A DNA stretch of 63,937 nt, the filler included, from Choristocarpus tenellus KU-1152 (Eukaryota > Protista > Phaeophyceae), in assembly GCA_964200185.2 (NCBI GenBank). It is 7 parts of 7 records of this genome, joined end to end, with 100 filler letters (N's around TTAATTAATTAA, not from the genome) between each part and the next. Parts side by side here need not be neighbours in the genome. Positions count along the whole stretch, not along the records: positions 13,748 to 40,858 come from CAXNAD020000152.1; 6 more parts are not named here. The stretch is one strand, 5' to 3'. Of the stretch, positions 13,768-27,729 are shown one piece after another (position 1 is the stretch's first letter; each line of letters opens with the position of its first letter). A program made the translations under genes and the position numbers. The notes under the pieces are model-generated. The model saw nothing but the letters and a program-made list of their open reading frames with translations. It searched no databases and was not told where the DNA came from.

Positions 13768-16118
13768 ATGGGGCTTTGGAGCGCCTGGGGGGGGGATGGG
13801 GGAGGGGGCGAGAACAGTAGCGGGGCTGTGCTGGTGTTCATGCCGGGGACAGCAGAGATCGATCGACTATGCAGAGAACTGGACTATGCAATGGCAATGG
13901 GTGTGGGGGATGCAGGAGATTATGATGACTTTGCAGGGAGGCGGGGTGGGGGAGGGAATGCTTCTCTTCTAGTCCTCCCGCTGCATGGGTCGCTCCCCCC
14001 ACAGAAGCAGCGTGCAGTGTTTGACCGGCCTCCTTATGGAATGCGAAAGGTGGTTGTGAGCACCAACATTGCGGAAACCAGTATCACGATCCCGGATGTT
14101 ACTGTTGTGGTTGATAGCTGTCGTGTCAAGGAGATGGGTTACGATATCGCGCGGCAGATGCCCCGACTGCAGGAGGCCTGGGCGAGCCAGGATTCGTTGA
14201 CCCAGAGGAAAGGGCGTGCAGGGCGTGTTAGGGAAGGCGTGTCGTTCAAGCTTATCCGAAGGAAGACCTTCTCGCGATTGCCTGCGCATGGCACTCCAGA
14301 GATCAGACGGGTTCCCCTGGACCACCTTGTGTTACAGATTAAGTCTCTGGGCTGCGAAGAGCACCCTTCAGTGGTGCTGGGCAGGGCTCTGGACCCGCCA
14401 GATCCTAAGGCTATTCAGGATGCGGTGGATACACTTACGGGTCTCAAGGCACTAGGAGAGAATGCGGTGAGGGGGTTGGTTGGGGTCAATGGGTCCTTAG
14501 GAGGTGCTATGGGAGGATTTGTCTTGGAGAGGCGGAGTGGGTGTTTTGTCTGAAGGACATGGAAAAAGTAGAAACCGTTATATAGGTCATTAAACAATAT
14601 GCCTGAATGCTGTAGTTGATCCACTGATGATGAGATTAAAGCCCCACAGGTAACCGCTTGTTGGCATGGACCTTACTGTAGGTAACAAGAGAGTAATAGG
14701 ATATCCCACACTTGGTATTTAGTGCTGCAATAGTAACAGAAATGTATAATGAGAACCAGACAATCAACCAGAGGTGCTTCCTGGACAAGTGATGTTTTTC
14801 CTGGCATCAACTGACAGTATTTACTGTTATGTTGTCCTAATGTTGTCCTAACCTCATTCTATTACCCCCCACTCTCCTTCTCTCCCTTAGCTGAAGAAAA
14901 GTTTTTGTAGCAGTTTCTTGTACTCCAGGAAAGAGTTATTGCCCTACTGAGGTCAATATTTGGATACCTTAGTCAAACGACAAGCTCACCACTGCAACCC
15001 TTGCCCACCCTGCCACTCCCTCCCCACATTACACCCCGTTCGTTTATCATGTTGCCCTCTCTGGCTCCCTTCAGGAGCTGAGCCCGCTGGGTTGGCATCT
15101 CGCAGCGCTGCCATGTCCTGTGCAAGTGGGCAAGATGCTCGTGTATGGGGCTGTCCTTGGCTGCCTTGACCCCGTCTTATCCATAGCCGCAGGGCTTAGC
15201 TGCAGGTCCCCCTTCCTATCCTCAGGAGACCCCGAGAAGCGTGAGGCCATAGATGCCGCAAAGAGACGAGTGGCGGCTGCGGGCGGGGGGCGCAGCGACC
15301 ACACCCTTTTGGCTGTGACTGTGTCAGAATGGGAAGCGGCCGGGGATGGTGGGGGCGGGGGCGGGGGAGGGCGGAATGGAAAGGGTAGAGGCGGGGGGGG
15401 AGAACGGGGACGTTCAGCTTACTGCCGTGAGAATGGACTGAGCTTTGAGCGCATGCGGGAACTCGGGGAGGTTCGTCAACAGCTGGCGCAGGCGTTGGCT
15501 GGCATTGGGTTTATCTCAAGCCCTCGGGCGGCATTTGACTCATCTGCGAACGTGAACGCGCAGGCACGGAGCTGGCGTGTGGTGAAGGCTGCAGTGTGTG
15601 CAGGGCTCTACCCCCGTGTGATACGTGTGCACCGGCCGATGGAGAAATTTGTGGATCTTGTTGGGGTCGGGGCTGTTGCTGCACGGCACACAGCCAAAGA
15701 GTTTCAATTCTTCACCAGGCCAGTGGATGGGGGGGGCGGTCCTGGAAAGGATGACCGTGTGTTTATCCACCCGTCATCAACAAACTTCACGACGAATGAC
15801 TGGTCCTGTCCGTGGCTGGTGTACCATGAGCGTGTCCACACGAGTCGTGTATTTGTCCGGGATTGCACTGAGGTGTCACCCTATGCCCTCCTGCTTTTTG
15901 GTGGTCAGGTGGCGGTGCAGGCAGGGCTTGGGCGCATCACTGTTGATGACTGGGTGAGATTTGAGGCCATTGGTCGTATTGCGGCACTGGTGAACAAGCT
16001 TCGTCAGCGGTTGGATAGTATGCTGTTGGAGAAGATTGGCGACCCAAGGCTGGATATCGCGGGGTCGAAACTGTCGATGGCCCTTGTTGAGCTCCTCCAG
16101 ACTGATGGCATGGGATAG
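13768..16118 (+). CDS. DEAH/RHA-box RNA helicase (DHX57/DHX36/DHX29 group), 3' half: helicase C, HA2 and OB-fold; 5'-truncated
   Basis: AVLVFMPG, PLHGSL, STNIAETSITIPDV (motif V), QRKGRAGR (motif VI), PEIRRVPL. Exon ends 14466 (gtgagg); next exon 15075-16118 reads ELSPLGWHLAALPCPVQVGKML...CAGLYP...VFIHPSS...SPYALLLFGG. Confidence 0.93.
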
Positions 16119-18298
16119 GGGGGAAGGAGAGGGTAGTAGGTTATGTGATGTTGAAATGTGTTTGCTGTGGGGGAGTTTGAAAGCAAAAAGAGGTGATAAC
16201 TCCTTTTTGAGATTCTCAGACAAAATTTGGTTAGAACTGTTATTAACTTGCTCTTAGCATGTCCAGATACTAGGTAGCGGGTACATGAGAGAGATGATGA
16301 GGTGAGGTAGGAGTATCCCTTTTTCGCTATTGTCTACTTGTTCTCCTCTTGAAGGCAAACGGTCCCGAAAAATTGGGGGTAATGTTACAAAACTGTGACA
16401 AAGGATGTTCCTTGTCTACATTGATCATATCTGGAGACCAAGATAACTTAAGGTGGCAGGCAGACCTACAAGAAATGAAGGCATGGTATCATCGCACAGT
16501 CTTGGAGTGTGTTTCTATTACTGTGTCTGTTTTTGGTCGCCAGGAGTGTTTTAGATGGGGTTTCAGTTCAGTTGGTAGTACGGTATGACTAAGAAACTGT
16601 TGACGGTATATGTAGAGATACCTGTACCGTTCATGGTGAATGCATAATGTCATGTCACTCCATTGACAGCCAATTTTCAAGTTAGTTGGCAGCCCGTGCT
16701 GTGAGAGGCCTTGATTTAATGCACAGGTCACCACTCTTGGTCCTAATTATTTAGATTTGTGTAACTGTGAGGTGGAGAGTCGTTTGTAGTGTGGTTCAGC
16801 ATCTATAGTACCGTGACACCACCAGTACTTCTGCCTCTAAAGGCATATGCATATATAGTGAACGAGAGTGTTGCCCGCTTCCCAAAATATTCCAACTAGT
16901 TGTCCTCCAAGGACATTATGTGCAGAAATAGAGAGGAGCTACTTCTTCATTGTCACATTATTATCCACCTAGCAGTATGCCCGGGACCTGCAGTAGTTAG
17001 TGGGGATGGGCAGGTGGTCAATTGTTTGACAGAGGTTGGAATTGAATGCTTTACGCCACTTGGTTCCAAGTAAAAGCACTATATTGCAATAATAGCAACA
17101 GTGTTTACATGAGTCTTTCTTTGTCATTTAGGACTACTTGGCATTCTACTCATAGATAGTACAGTATGTGGAAGTATGTTATGCATGTACGCGCCTAGTG
17201 AGTGGAGAGGACGAGGCTGATGCAACATTTTTTAATGCTAAAATGAGTGACCGCTTCTCACGCTTGCTTTTAATCAGAAAGAGAGATACTTTAAAACTCC
17301 CCATGCTGTCTCCTGACCTGCTTTGCATGGGGACACGAGGTACAATTCATCACTAACCTGCAAAAGTGGTGGTGGGAATCATGAAGGGACCTTTTGAGTG
17401 AAGACTACCAACTCCTGTACTAATTCGCCGCTGCTGTAGCATGTTGGGTACTGCTTTAGGCTTTTGTTTTAGCACTGGACAAAGGCTAACTGCACACAAG
17501 CTACTTGACTGCGACGATTTTTTTATGTGTTGGAAACGTGGTCAAGAATACACGCAGGTGGTTCTTTTGTGTACAATAAGTATTACATAGTACATACATG
17601 CACAACAGTCTTGTGTTCCCAAGTGATTCCAATGTGCTGTTAAGTAGGAGGCGGTGTGTGTTAATCTGAAGCTGCACTATTTGGCTTCTCTATTTTTATT
17701 CTAAAAGAAAGTAACCAGTCAACAAAGAGAGTGGCAACTCTCGCTCTCTCCTCTTTGGTAAGACCAAATACCATCCATGTGAAGAAGCACACCACTGAGA
17801 TTCAGAGACCCTCACTATTTCGATGTACTTGAATGAGCTTTTTTCTCTGTAGGTCTGCCTACCTTGACAGCAGTGCTTATATTTAATGTTGCACCACTTG
17901 GAAATAATCGTAGCAATAGTGCATATATTCCTCCCTGTATGTAGAGGGCCATTGTGTTAGTCGGTGCACCAAAGGTTCCTTTTGACAAGCTGGTTTTAAG
18001 CAACCTTGATCAATGTTGGTAGTTTGATTCACTCTACCTTTCTCTTCTTTTTTGGTATTGCGAGGAAAACAAGTACTCCGTATCATAGTACATACTTAAA
18101 ACACTTTCAATTTAGAGGAAAGAATTCGCAAAAGTACAGTGTACAAAATGAAACTGTGAGTCTACCCTACTGGTAACTGTAGTTACGACTACTACCATAA
18201 GGAATCAACTGTACAAAATTGAGGTTTGGAATTGATGGACGAGCTGCTGCCCGGTTTAATTAGTAGTTGCTTAATTCTCAAGGGGTGGATCTCGGACC

Positions 18299-21200
18299 AT
18301 GGGAAGTGCGGTAGCAAAGGAGAAGCTGTGGGATGATGACCAAGACACGTCAGGACCTGACGACTGTCAAGACATTTCAGCCTTCGAGCACTCGTTTGCG
18401 GCGAATATAGAGGACTTCACTCCTGGCCTTCTGCCGTCTGTAGAACCAGCATCTGATTCTTCCAACCGTGCTTGCTCAGGTCGGGCAGTGACAGTTGAAA
18501 TGATGATGGAAAAGCTGGTGGTGCGAGAGGCCGTGCGGATGAAGGAAAACATCTTGTTGTCAGTGCCATACGAAGAGATCCACCAGTTGACTTGGGATCA
18601 TGCGCAATCCAGCCTGAAACTCCGTCATGGGGGACACTCGAGCGACAGTGTACCCGATTATACCTTCATATGCTTCCGAGTTGAGAACTCACTAGATCTA
18701 GAGCTGGAGCTTAAGCTACGTGCTAAGGCAGCGATCAAGAGGGGAAGGAAACTGGAAATCTCCTCATTCTATCTTGGCATATTCGCAGGTCCAACAAAGC
18801 CCAAGCCATTCCAACGCAAGCGGCCGAATCTCGCATTATCTGTACCCGAAGGAGAACTCCCATCACTGCTGGTATGGCTTGACTCTACCACCAGACCTAG
18901 AACTCGTGTTAGCGTTGTCATATGACCAGTCGCTTTCAGAATACCTGTAGGTATCTCGCCTTTCGACCTTCCAAGGGAATAATCCTAATACTTCAATAAC
19001 CTCATCAAACATGTAATTTCTTGCCCCGTTTCTAATCAAAGTGCTCCTGGTTCATGTTTTGGCTCACTCTGCTAGGATATGCGCCGTTGGGCACTAGAGG
19101 AGAACGCAGGTAGTGCGAGCCCAGTGCCATCTTGTTCGTCCCTCAGGCCAAAGCTTGCTCTAGGAATGATCTATCAGGGAGAGAATCGGTTCCCATTGTC
19201 AGTAGCAGACGGTGTCTATAATACGGGCAGCAGTAGCGACTCTGGACGTGGAGAGGGCGAGCTAGTGATGAATTTCTCTGCAATTAAGGTACAAATGACG
19301 GAGGGCGGTATACGCATCATTCCTTATGACGACATCAAGGACTGGGCGTTCCTTGACCTGGTGGGCACTAGGAGCTCTGCGGTGAGTGGCCTCAAAATCT
19401 GGATGGCTAATGGGAAGAACCTAGGCATAGATGTCAACAATGAGGAAGGGGGAGATGGGAACAACGGACTAAAGCAGAATCATATCTATCTTGGCATACC
19501 TGACGATTGGCTGCTACTTGCTCGCAACAGCATGGAGTTCTTCTGGAATCGGCATCGGGCAGACCAGTACTTGTTACCAAAAGCTGGGTCAATACTTGGG
19601 CGGCCTGTGGCTTCTGTCATCACGCTCACTGGGGAGGTGGTCTCCCCCAACCCACTGACGGGACTCCTTAATGCCATTGACCTTGATGGCTCACCTGTCC
19701 GGGTTGGGCAGGTGCTAAAGAGGTCAGGACACCTCCATCTCAGTCCTAGATCCTTGTTAGGTGTGGAAAAAAAGCAGCCTCTGAAATCAAATGCAACTGC
19801 CAAGTCAACGTGGGAACGGATTGTGTTGCACCAAGGATGGCTGCGTAAGCGTGGTGGTGGAGCCTTAAAGAGGTGGCTTTGGCGATACTTTGTAATCTTC
19901 AGTACGTGTCAGGGTCATTTCCTTGCCTACTATGCTGATGTGTGTGACATACCCCTATTCAGCACAATCCAGAAAGAACGTAGATTTGTGGACCTATGCC
20001 AAGTATGCTTCATACGACCCGAGACTAACCGAGAGTCAAGGGGCATACCCCCTCATGCATTCACCCTTGTGACCATGAAGCGGCAGTGGACCTTGAGTGC
20101 AGATTCTCAAGCAGGAGTACAGAAGTGGCTTATGATGCTCTCAAGGGCAGTTGATGAAGACGTGGCGGTCGTCACTGATGATGAAATGATATTCGAAGTA
20201 TTTTTGTATGTTGCAGTGGGGAGAGAAAAAACATACAGGTTTAAGGGATCTGCAACAGCACATATCGGGAGCAGAGGAATGAAGCTGGAACTCGAAGAAA
20301 AAGAACTAGGGGGAGGCTCTGGGTCGATCCGTGCACAACCCTGGGCAGGGGACACCTCTGAGATGCCACGTATTCATTTTTGGAGTTACACAGACTTCTT
20401 CAATTGGAGCGTTGTGAAACTTTCTGAGAGTGGTACAGGCTTGAGGATCAAGTGCTTCACCGATGCAACGTTCGAGAACAAACAGGTATGCTTGCGCAGC
20501 CCCCTTTACAACAATCTCTAGAGTGCGGTGACTCTGAACTCACACAGAAAACGAATACTACCTTTATGAATAAATTTTTCTAAACACCACTCTCTTGCAC
20601 ATTATACTTAGAATTTCACCAGCATGTGTCAGCTTCAACAAGCTGCGGTTTTGATTATCATGCGTAAGGTTTGCCCAAAGATTGGAGGAATTGACAAGAA
20701 ACCAACCAATGCTGCGTGCAGAGGAAAGTTGGTGGCAATCCTCCCAGTACATAAATGCAGTTGGATTTATGATATCTTGCTGGAGGATGGTAGATGCCAG
20801 ACATTTCAATACTGAATCCCGTCGAAACTGGCAGGGTGCTGATCATTTTCCCATGTGAGCTTTTTCCTGCTGTAGAACAAAGTATGAAAGACCCGAAGCA
20901 TTTAAGAGGGTAGGAGTTTTACGCTGTTAATCCGCTTGGGGCTTGACTTCCCGCGGGTTTTTTATGCCCTTTTTCGGTTTTCTGTGTGAACACACTTGCC
21001 TAAAGTGTATACATGACTATGAAAGGTGTGTCCGGAGCAAGGATATTGATACTTGCTAACAAATATCATAAATCGCAACATTGGATTTATGATCCTGAAC
21101 GAACGCGGCCCTGCCGTCTTAAATGCTTTGACTCAAAATGAAATTAATTCATATGTGTTGTTTAAGCAAAATACAGAATAAATGTAGACTCTGAATGTAT

Positions 21201-24200
21201 ATTGGAGCAAATAAAATATTTTGTTAGAGAAACTGCTATTGTAGCAATCCAAGTGTCCATGCCAGAGGTACATGCTGGCGGTAAGAATCTGAGACTTCCT
21301 AGCAAACAATCACAGAAAGGGATGAGAAAGCCTGCAGCACACAACAAGAGAGCATGTATCTACATGTAATGTACTATGTGGAGTACTTCAAAGTGTGCCC
21401 AATAACTTTCGTGCTCAATAGTAGTTCGAAGTATATTCTGAGTTTAAATGTCTGCTTCATGAGTCACATTGGAGAGAGCCACTTGTTGAGGAGCCTAGAC
21501 TAGAGGGTGTATACTGTGGAGAATGCGCAGAGAGTTCTTCATGGGTTGAACAAATACAAAGAAATATTACAAGAATGTTGTTTCAGCTACAATGTACAGC
21601 ATATTTACCTGTTCTTTTCCCCACCCACATATCCTTAACCTCATGCACCCCTGTCTGCCCCGCTGCTTTAGGATATGACACTGGTGACATCACAGGCCTC
21701 ACAATTGGCAATTGCGATTGAGCACCACATCGAGAAGTTCATGGCATTCATGCACCTCCGGCTTGAGACCTCACAGGGCATGGCGACTGCTCATGAAAAG
21801 TATCGACTAGAAAAAATATATACTGGACAGGAGACTGCAGTAGATGAGAAAACGTGCCTGCAGGGTCAACCACAAAGAAACATGAAAAACATTAGCACTG
21901 AGAAGGGGGAGGGGGGCAAGAAGGCAGATGGAGACACCAATGGGTTTGGCAAAAAGATGGCGGAGGGGTCAGAGATGATGAAGTGGGTTGAAGATCCTTG
22001 TGACACAGATCTGAAGGAGGTCACGGCAGCCTTGGCCCTACACAATCCATTCCAAGTAGTGGTGGGGCCTTCTGTAAAGGACAATGCATTGGATGGGTAT
22101 GGAGCACCTAAGCTCACCCTTACAGGTGGAGGGACGACTGGCGAGAGAATCAATCCGTTTGACCAATCTGACAGCAGTGAAGACGACGGCAATTGTGGGG
22201 AATTGAAGAGCAGGACCATTGGAGTATGGGAAGACATGGATTCTCACAGCTACCTTTCTGCAGGTGACATCACAACATTCTTCCCAGACGATGTGCCAGC
22301 TGACACTGAAAATACAGACACCCATCATCCCTTTAGCACCCCTGGTGCTCCTGCCCTGAGGACAGGACCACCACTTCCGACCAAGCCAGTGCCGCCGGCA
22401 GTAAACTTTGAATTATTGTTAATGATGGACGGACTTGACCAAGAGAGTCCCAAGGATCCAGGGAAGAAGGAGGCACTTTTCTTTGAGACAGTGAAGGATA
22501 TTTTGCCGGGAGGCTGTAGTACTACTCCCTCAACACCAGAGCCTTCTCCCATTGTACCCCAAGCCTTGCCCTTCAGTGGTGGGGTGGGGGAGATTGTTGG
22601 ACAATCGTTCCCAACGATAGTGGGAGCACCATCACAATCCAAGCCCCTGCCGCAATTGGCTGCAACGATGGGGCCTCCAAGCTGTCAGGTGTGGGAATTG
22701 AGCCCACCAGACTTTGCTAGGACATGTCCTGGTGCAGCAGGACAGTCCACATCGGACTTCTGTCCTTTTGCCGACCCAGATACAATGGGTATGCCTGGTG
22801 GGGACTTGAATCCTGGAGAGGGGCTAGGAATGAAGGTAATCATTATGAGTAAGTGACTGGAGCCATCTAAGAGGGGGTAATATTTTGGTCCTTGTGAGTA
22901 ATACGGTATTTTTTAACCCCATATAATATACACCATGCCCATGCCTCATATGCAGTTAGTCTCTGTTAGGATGGTGTTGTTGTAGAAGAGATTATAAGTG
23001 GACACACTTTTTGCTGAATGCTTCCTCCATAGTGCTCGAAGCAGATGCATCACCGGGGCAGTTATAGGGGTCCTTGAAACTCAGCAAACCCCCCTTCTTA
23101 GGTGGTCCCACTCAGGGCATCGTAGAAAGAAGCTAGAAATACTACTGGTATTGTTTTTATACTATAGTGTACAGCGCTTCTCTAGTACTCTACATCGTAA
23201 ACGTTTTTACACATTTGGAGTACCCTTACAAAAAATTGTTTGAATTAGATCGTTCAAAGTTGCTGCTCATGACGGGGCAGGTTGAACTGTGCGCACTACA
23301 AGAAATCAAAATCTAATGGGAGCGTTCATGGAGTACTACTCCAGAATTTTCCTGAAGGCCAGCAGTTCCTGCAGGCTGATATTATAAGAATCCCTCTTCA
23401 TGGTTTGGTCCCTAATTTCCACAATAATTATCGTTTGCCTTCAAACCCCAACTCCCAACCTTGAACAAGAAGTGACAAGCACACCCACCCACTTGTTTGT
23501 CTCTTCGTTCGCATCACACAGGTCATTTACTCCAGCCCAGACTTAAAGGTGACTGTTGAAAACTCAAAGAAGGAAAGCGATGGCCGCTACATGCTTACCC
23601 TCCTCTATGAGCGTCCACCGTCAGCACTGTCCACGGCCAACTTGACCACCTCTCTCCATGGAGAGTGTGTTTCGACCCTCAAGGCTTCTTTCCAGCCCAA
23701 GGTTATCTCAGCAAGGCTGGGGCCGAACACGGACCCTGTTCGTCACACTTTGTCACTCCGCTGCATCCGCCCTTTTTGCCACCCCCCCCAACTCTCCTTG
23801 CTGCTCCGCTCACCCCCACCCCCTCCCCCCCGTATCTCGTTTTCCCAACAACTCGACTCTTCCCCCCAAGACCTGAGGGTCGACATCCCGCTTGTCGGGA
23901 TCACCATGTCTTCCTTCGTCCAGGCCATTCCTGAGACAGCTGACTCATTCCGTCGAAAGTGGTCTGGACTCTCTGCCCCTGCGCAATCTGCACAAACCAC
24001 AGTATTAGTTGCAAATGATCTTTTTCCAGGGAATACTTTCCGTTCCTTGGCACACAACATGGGATTGGCAGAGGTGTCTGGGGTTGGAGAAGACACTCTG
24101 CTGCGAGCAGAAGGGTCACAGAGGGCTAAGCTTGTGGCAGCAGCGGGCTGCCTGCACACAGCCACCCGGTCAGTGTCTGGGGAGGAGGTGACCGTGGATT

Positions 24201-24379
24201 GTCTTGTTGGGGTGGAAGTGAGTCATGCCACCTTCACTCTCCCAGCAGCCTCCACCCCAACTACTGAGGGAAGTGGAGTGCCTGTAAGAGTAACAGTTAA
24301 GAGTGTTAACCACACCTTTGCAGACTGTTTGCTGCAGGAGATCGTGGCAGGGTTGCGGGCAGGGAAGGATAATCAATAG
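18299..24379 (+). CDS. Multi-PH-fold protein with NPF linker and C-terminal alpha-adaptin-like appendage (ear); ~1334 aa, 4 exons
   Basis: Exons 18299-18871, 19076-20485, 21672-22835 and 23522-24379 join in phase 0 via GT-AG introns. Canonical PH: VLHQGWLRKRGGGALKRWLWRYFVI...FTLVTMKRQWTLSADSQAGVQKWLMML. Last exon SSFVQAIPETADSFRRKWSGLS...AAAGCLHTA...DCLVGVEV...VRVTVKS resembles the AP-2 alpha platform subdomain. Confidence 0.8.
20890..21134 (+). mobile_element. MITE family B, diverged copy in intron 2 of the PH-ear gene
   Basis: gacccgaagcatttaagagggtag...ggatattgatacttgctaac...cttaaatgctttgactc. Flanks GAAA/AAAA. Confidence 0.8.
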
Positions 24380-27300
24380 TGACCTAGCGTAGGGGGAACA
24401 GAGAGGGGGGCTTTCAATGGGGGATTGGTGGTTGTTGTTGTTCAAGGTTCTGGTTTGCCACAAGGGCGAGGGGGGGATGTACTGTGAAAGGTGTGCGTGT
24501 CCACAAATTTTCGCTCTCTGCATTTGTTCCAGGTATATTGCCCATATGAAAAGGGGAGAGTAAGGGGGGAGGGTGCGCCTTGATAGAATGTCTATCTGCT
24601 AATCCGAAGTAGATGCTTTCGCATTCACTAGTAGAAGCAATAATGTCAGTACTGAACAATTTTTGTAAGCGCTTCGACACAATGTGGATGGGGGGATGTG
24701 GGTTCATGACAAGCACCACACGAACGGCTACGGTGGCTACGAAATAAATTGGGTCATTTTGGTAGGGCGAGCTGCAGGCTAATCTGGGGGATACACGATT
24801 TCTGTCAAATAAGAAAGGGAAGTCAATAGGATGGTGTGATGTTGAAGTTGTTGACGCAAGCTCTGGGTTAAATGCAGTTAGCATTTTCTTGCATAGTCAT
24901 ACCATACCGCTGACTAAACCCTAACCCTATCAATTTCCCTCCTCAGTGGGTCACATTCCAGTCGTTTCATGTCAGTAGGGACAGGTTGCGTAGTGACAAA
25001 CTCGACTCAACACTCAAAGAAGGGGTTTGAGGGTTCGATGTGCCAACATTTTTCTGGTGAACTTGAGTTACGGTGTGGCTTCACCTGTACTTTACTACTT
25101 GTAAGCATTCTAACAGCGAATATAGAACATTGATCTTGATTTCTCCTCACCCCAATGGGAAAAAAAGTCATTGCTAACTACTGAGTAACTCTGGACGATA
25201 TGAAGTTGCTCCAAGAACGGGAGGACCACAGTTTTGGGCACTTTCAGCCATGAATGACATTGCAGCACTTCAGGTGCAAATGTGACTATATTCCATTTGC
25301 AAGTCTCACCATAGTTAGGATTGCCTTATCGACTAGTAGCAAGCATAGATAGGCATGCAAAGCTGCTGAGCGTGGCAGCTACAGTAAACCATATTGTGCG
25401 GATCTTGTTTTTGATGGCGACCAAAGTCTACCATCCATGCACGTAGAGTTCTTCTCCTTTATTGTAATTGTTTCTTATTAGATTCCTCAGGTACGGGAAA
25501 GAGACCTATACAGCGTAACGTCTTTGTGAGAGGAGTGTGTGCACATCGAACATGCAAATTATCCATCGTAAAAAAATCGGCATCCAGTGGGTGGATAATA
25601 GATGGTCGACAGTCAGCATCATGCTTGACAGTCTCTGCAACCTGCTGCAGTGTATGTAGTCATTTGTCAAATAAAAAAAATGAATGCACCACCAACAGTC
25701 CAATCGCCTTGCTTTGGATAATAAAAAGAAATCGACACCAAATAGCAATTACTTGAAAGTCTGCTGTAAGCCCTGTTTTCCTACTCCTTAAATTGCGGCA
25801 AAGTGTAAAGATTAAACTATTTACTCAAACACTGCTTCCATTACCACTAGCACACTCAGTCACTAAAAACAAAAAAGTGCAGTAGAGGGAAAGATGGGCA
25901 CCACTTAACATACAATTGTAGCAAAATTATATTAATTTTCCATGCTGGTATTATCTTTCCTCAACTTGTACCCCACATCTCCTACTCAATAACTTTACCA
26001 TTTGTGCTTCAAAAGTGCAAACTACTCTCAGACATTCATATAACTCTCTCCCTAGTGATAGACTGCCTCTACCAAGAAGGGAGTCCAGATGGTTCTCATG
26101 AGCATACGGGTGCTGGGCCAAACCCTCAGTACAGCTGTGAGGCCATCCAAGGCCTTCTTCCGCCCCCCCTAAAGCACAGGCACACACACACAGACACAAA
26201 ACTCCAAATACAACAGCATATGAACCACCTGTATGGCAGGGTTTCACAAAGGGAGAACCTTTGACAGGGGGTTGCAGCATGACGGTGGCCATATTCAACA
26301 CAAAAACTGTCAGGCAACAACTATTTCCACAAGAAGTTCACAACAAGCAGGGGACCTATAACCCTCTCTGACATACAACTCACTGCCAACCAAGGAGGAA
26401 AATGCACACTACTGTGGGAATCAGCGTAAATTTGATATTATTAAACACACCGACCCCCAGACATTCCACTCGCATGAAGCGCAGGGGAGGGGCCGCAACA
26501 CCACACCATCAATATCTGACCTGAATGCTTCCACTCAGGTTGAACAATCTTCAACCTTGCCCATCTATTGCACCCTTCAAGACACAAAACACAAAAATTC
26601 CGAAAACACGCACTGGAACACAACAAATTCATATGTAGGGTAAAAACACTCAAGGCACATGCAATTCAACTGCCGAAGCAAGAAACCCAAACACATCTCA
26701 TTTGCCCCTTCCAACCCCAGGAACATACAACAAGCATGGTGGACTCATCATTGGCCCAGAAAAAAAAAATTGCACACCAAGGGGTCTGGAAAAGTGTACT
26801 ATGCAACATCCCCACTGTCGTATTTCCAACAAAACTCTCGGAACATTTTTACTCACACCTCGAGAGCCAAAAGATCTTCACAGCCAATCTCCAGAAATGA
26901 CACCCCCACTCTTAACCTCAAAATGAGTTGCACACGTAGACCACCTGAAATCCCTGTCCAATATCTGTAAGCGGCCTCCCCTGTGCTCTATTTTCTACAA
27001 CAGGAAATAAGAGTATCTCTTAGACAATTCATAAAAAGGCGTATATTGGCTTGTCACGTCTATCCAAAGCACTAGGGACCAGCAGCAATGTAGCTCCTTC
27101 TCGTTACATTCTCAATCTCATCGTATTCAATCCCCAACAACTAATAGTGGTTGTTTTTGTCCAATCACTTTGTGAGTAATAAAAAATACTATAAAAGAAA
27201 AACCTGTTCCTGCATCAACGGAGGGATGAATCATCTCTTGTCTCCTTGAGGTAGTTCCTAGTGATACCCCCAAGGGTCAAGTATCATAAAGATGCACCTC

Positions 27301-27729
27301 TCAACCCTTAGGCCGCTTACACCGACCTCAGGACCTTACAGGCAGGATAGGACATATGAGTCAACACACCCAGTGATACCACTCACTGCACCAGCAGAGT
27401 AGTAGCATTTCAAGTGTAGGCTAGGTTCTTTGCGGTGGACTCAGGATAACATAGCAGTCATACAACACCCCACTTCTACAGTAAGTCACCTCAACGGATG
27501 TAGGGACATTATGTTTGGATTTAGAATCACTAGTACATCTTCTGCCCAACATCACGCAGACGTCTTGCAATCTCTCATAGGCAAAAGAGCCTGTTGTCTG
27601 AGAGAGGCAGTTGATCGGACAGCTACTACAAAGGTTGATAGAGTTGAAACACAACTTGCCCCCAGCTTCCCTTGCCATGTTGTCATGTTTGTTCAGAGTA
27701 CGGTGGAGCTCAGGTGGTGCCCAGATCCT

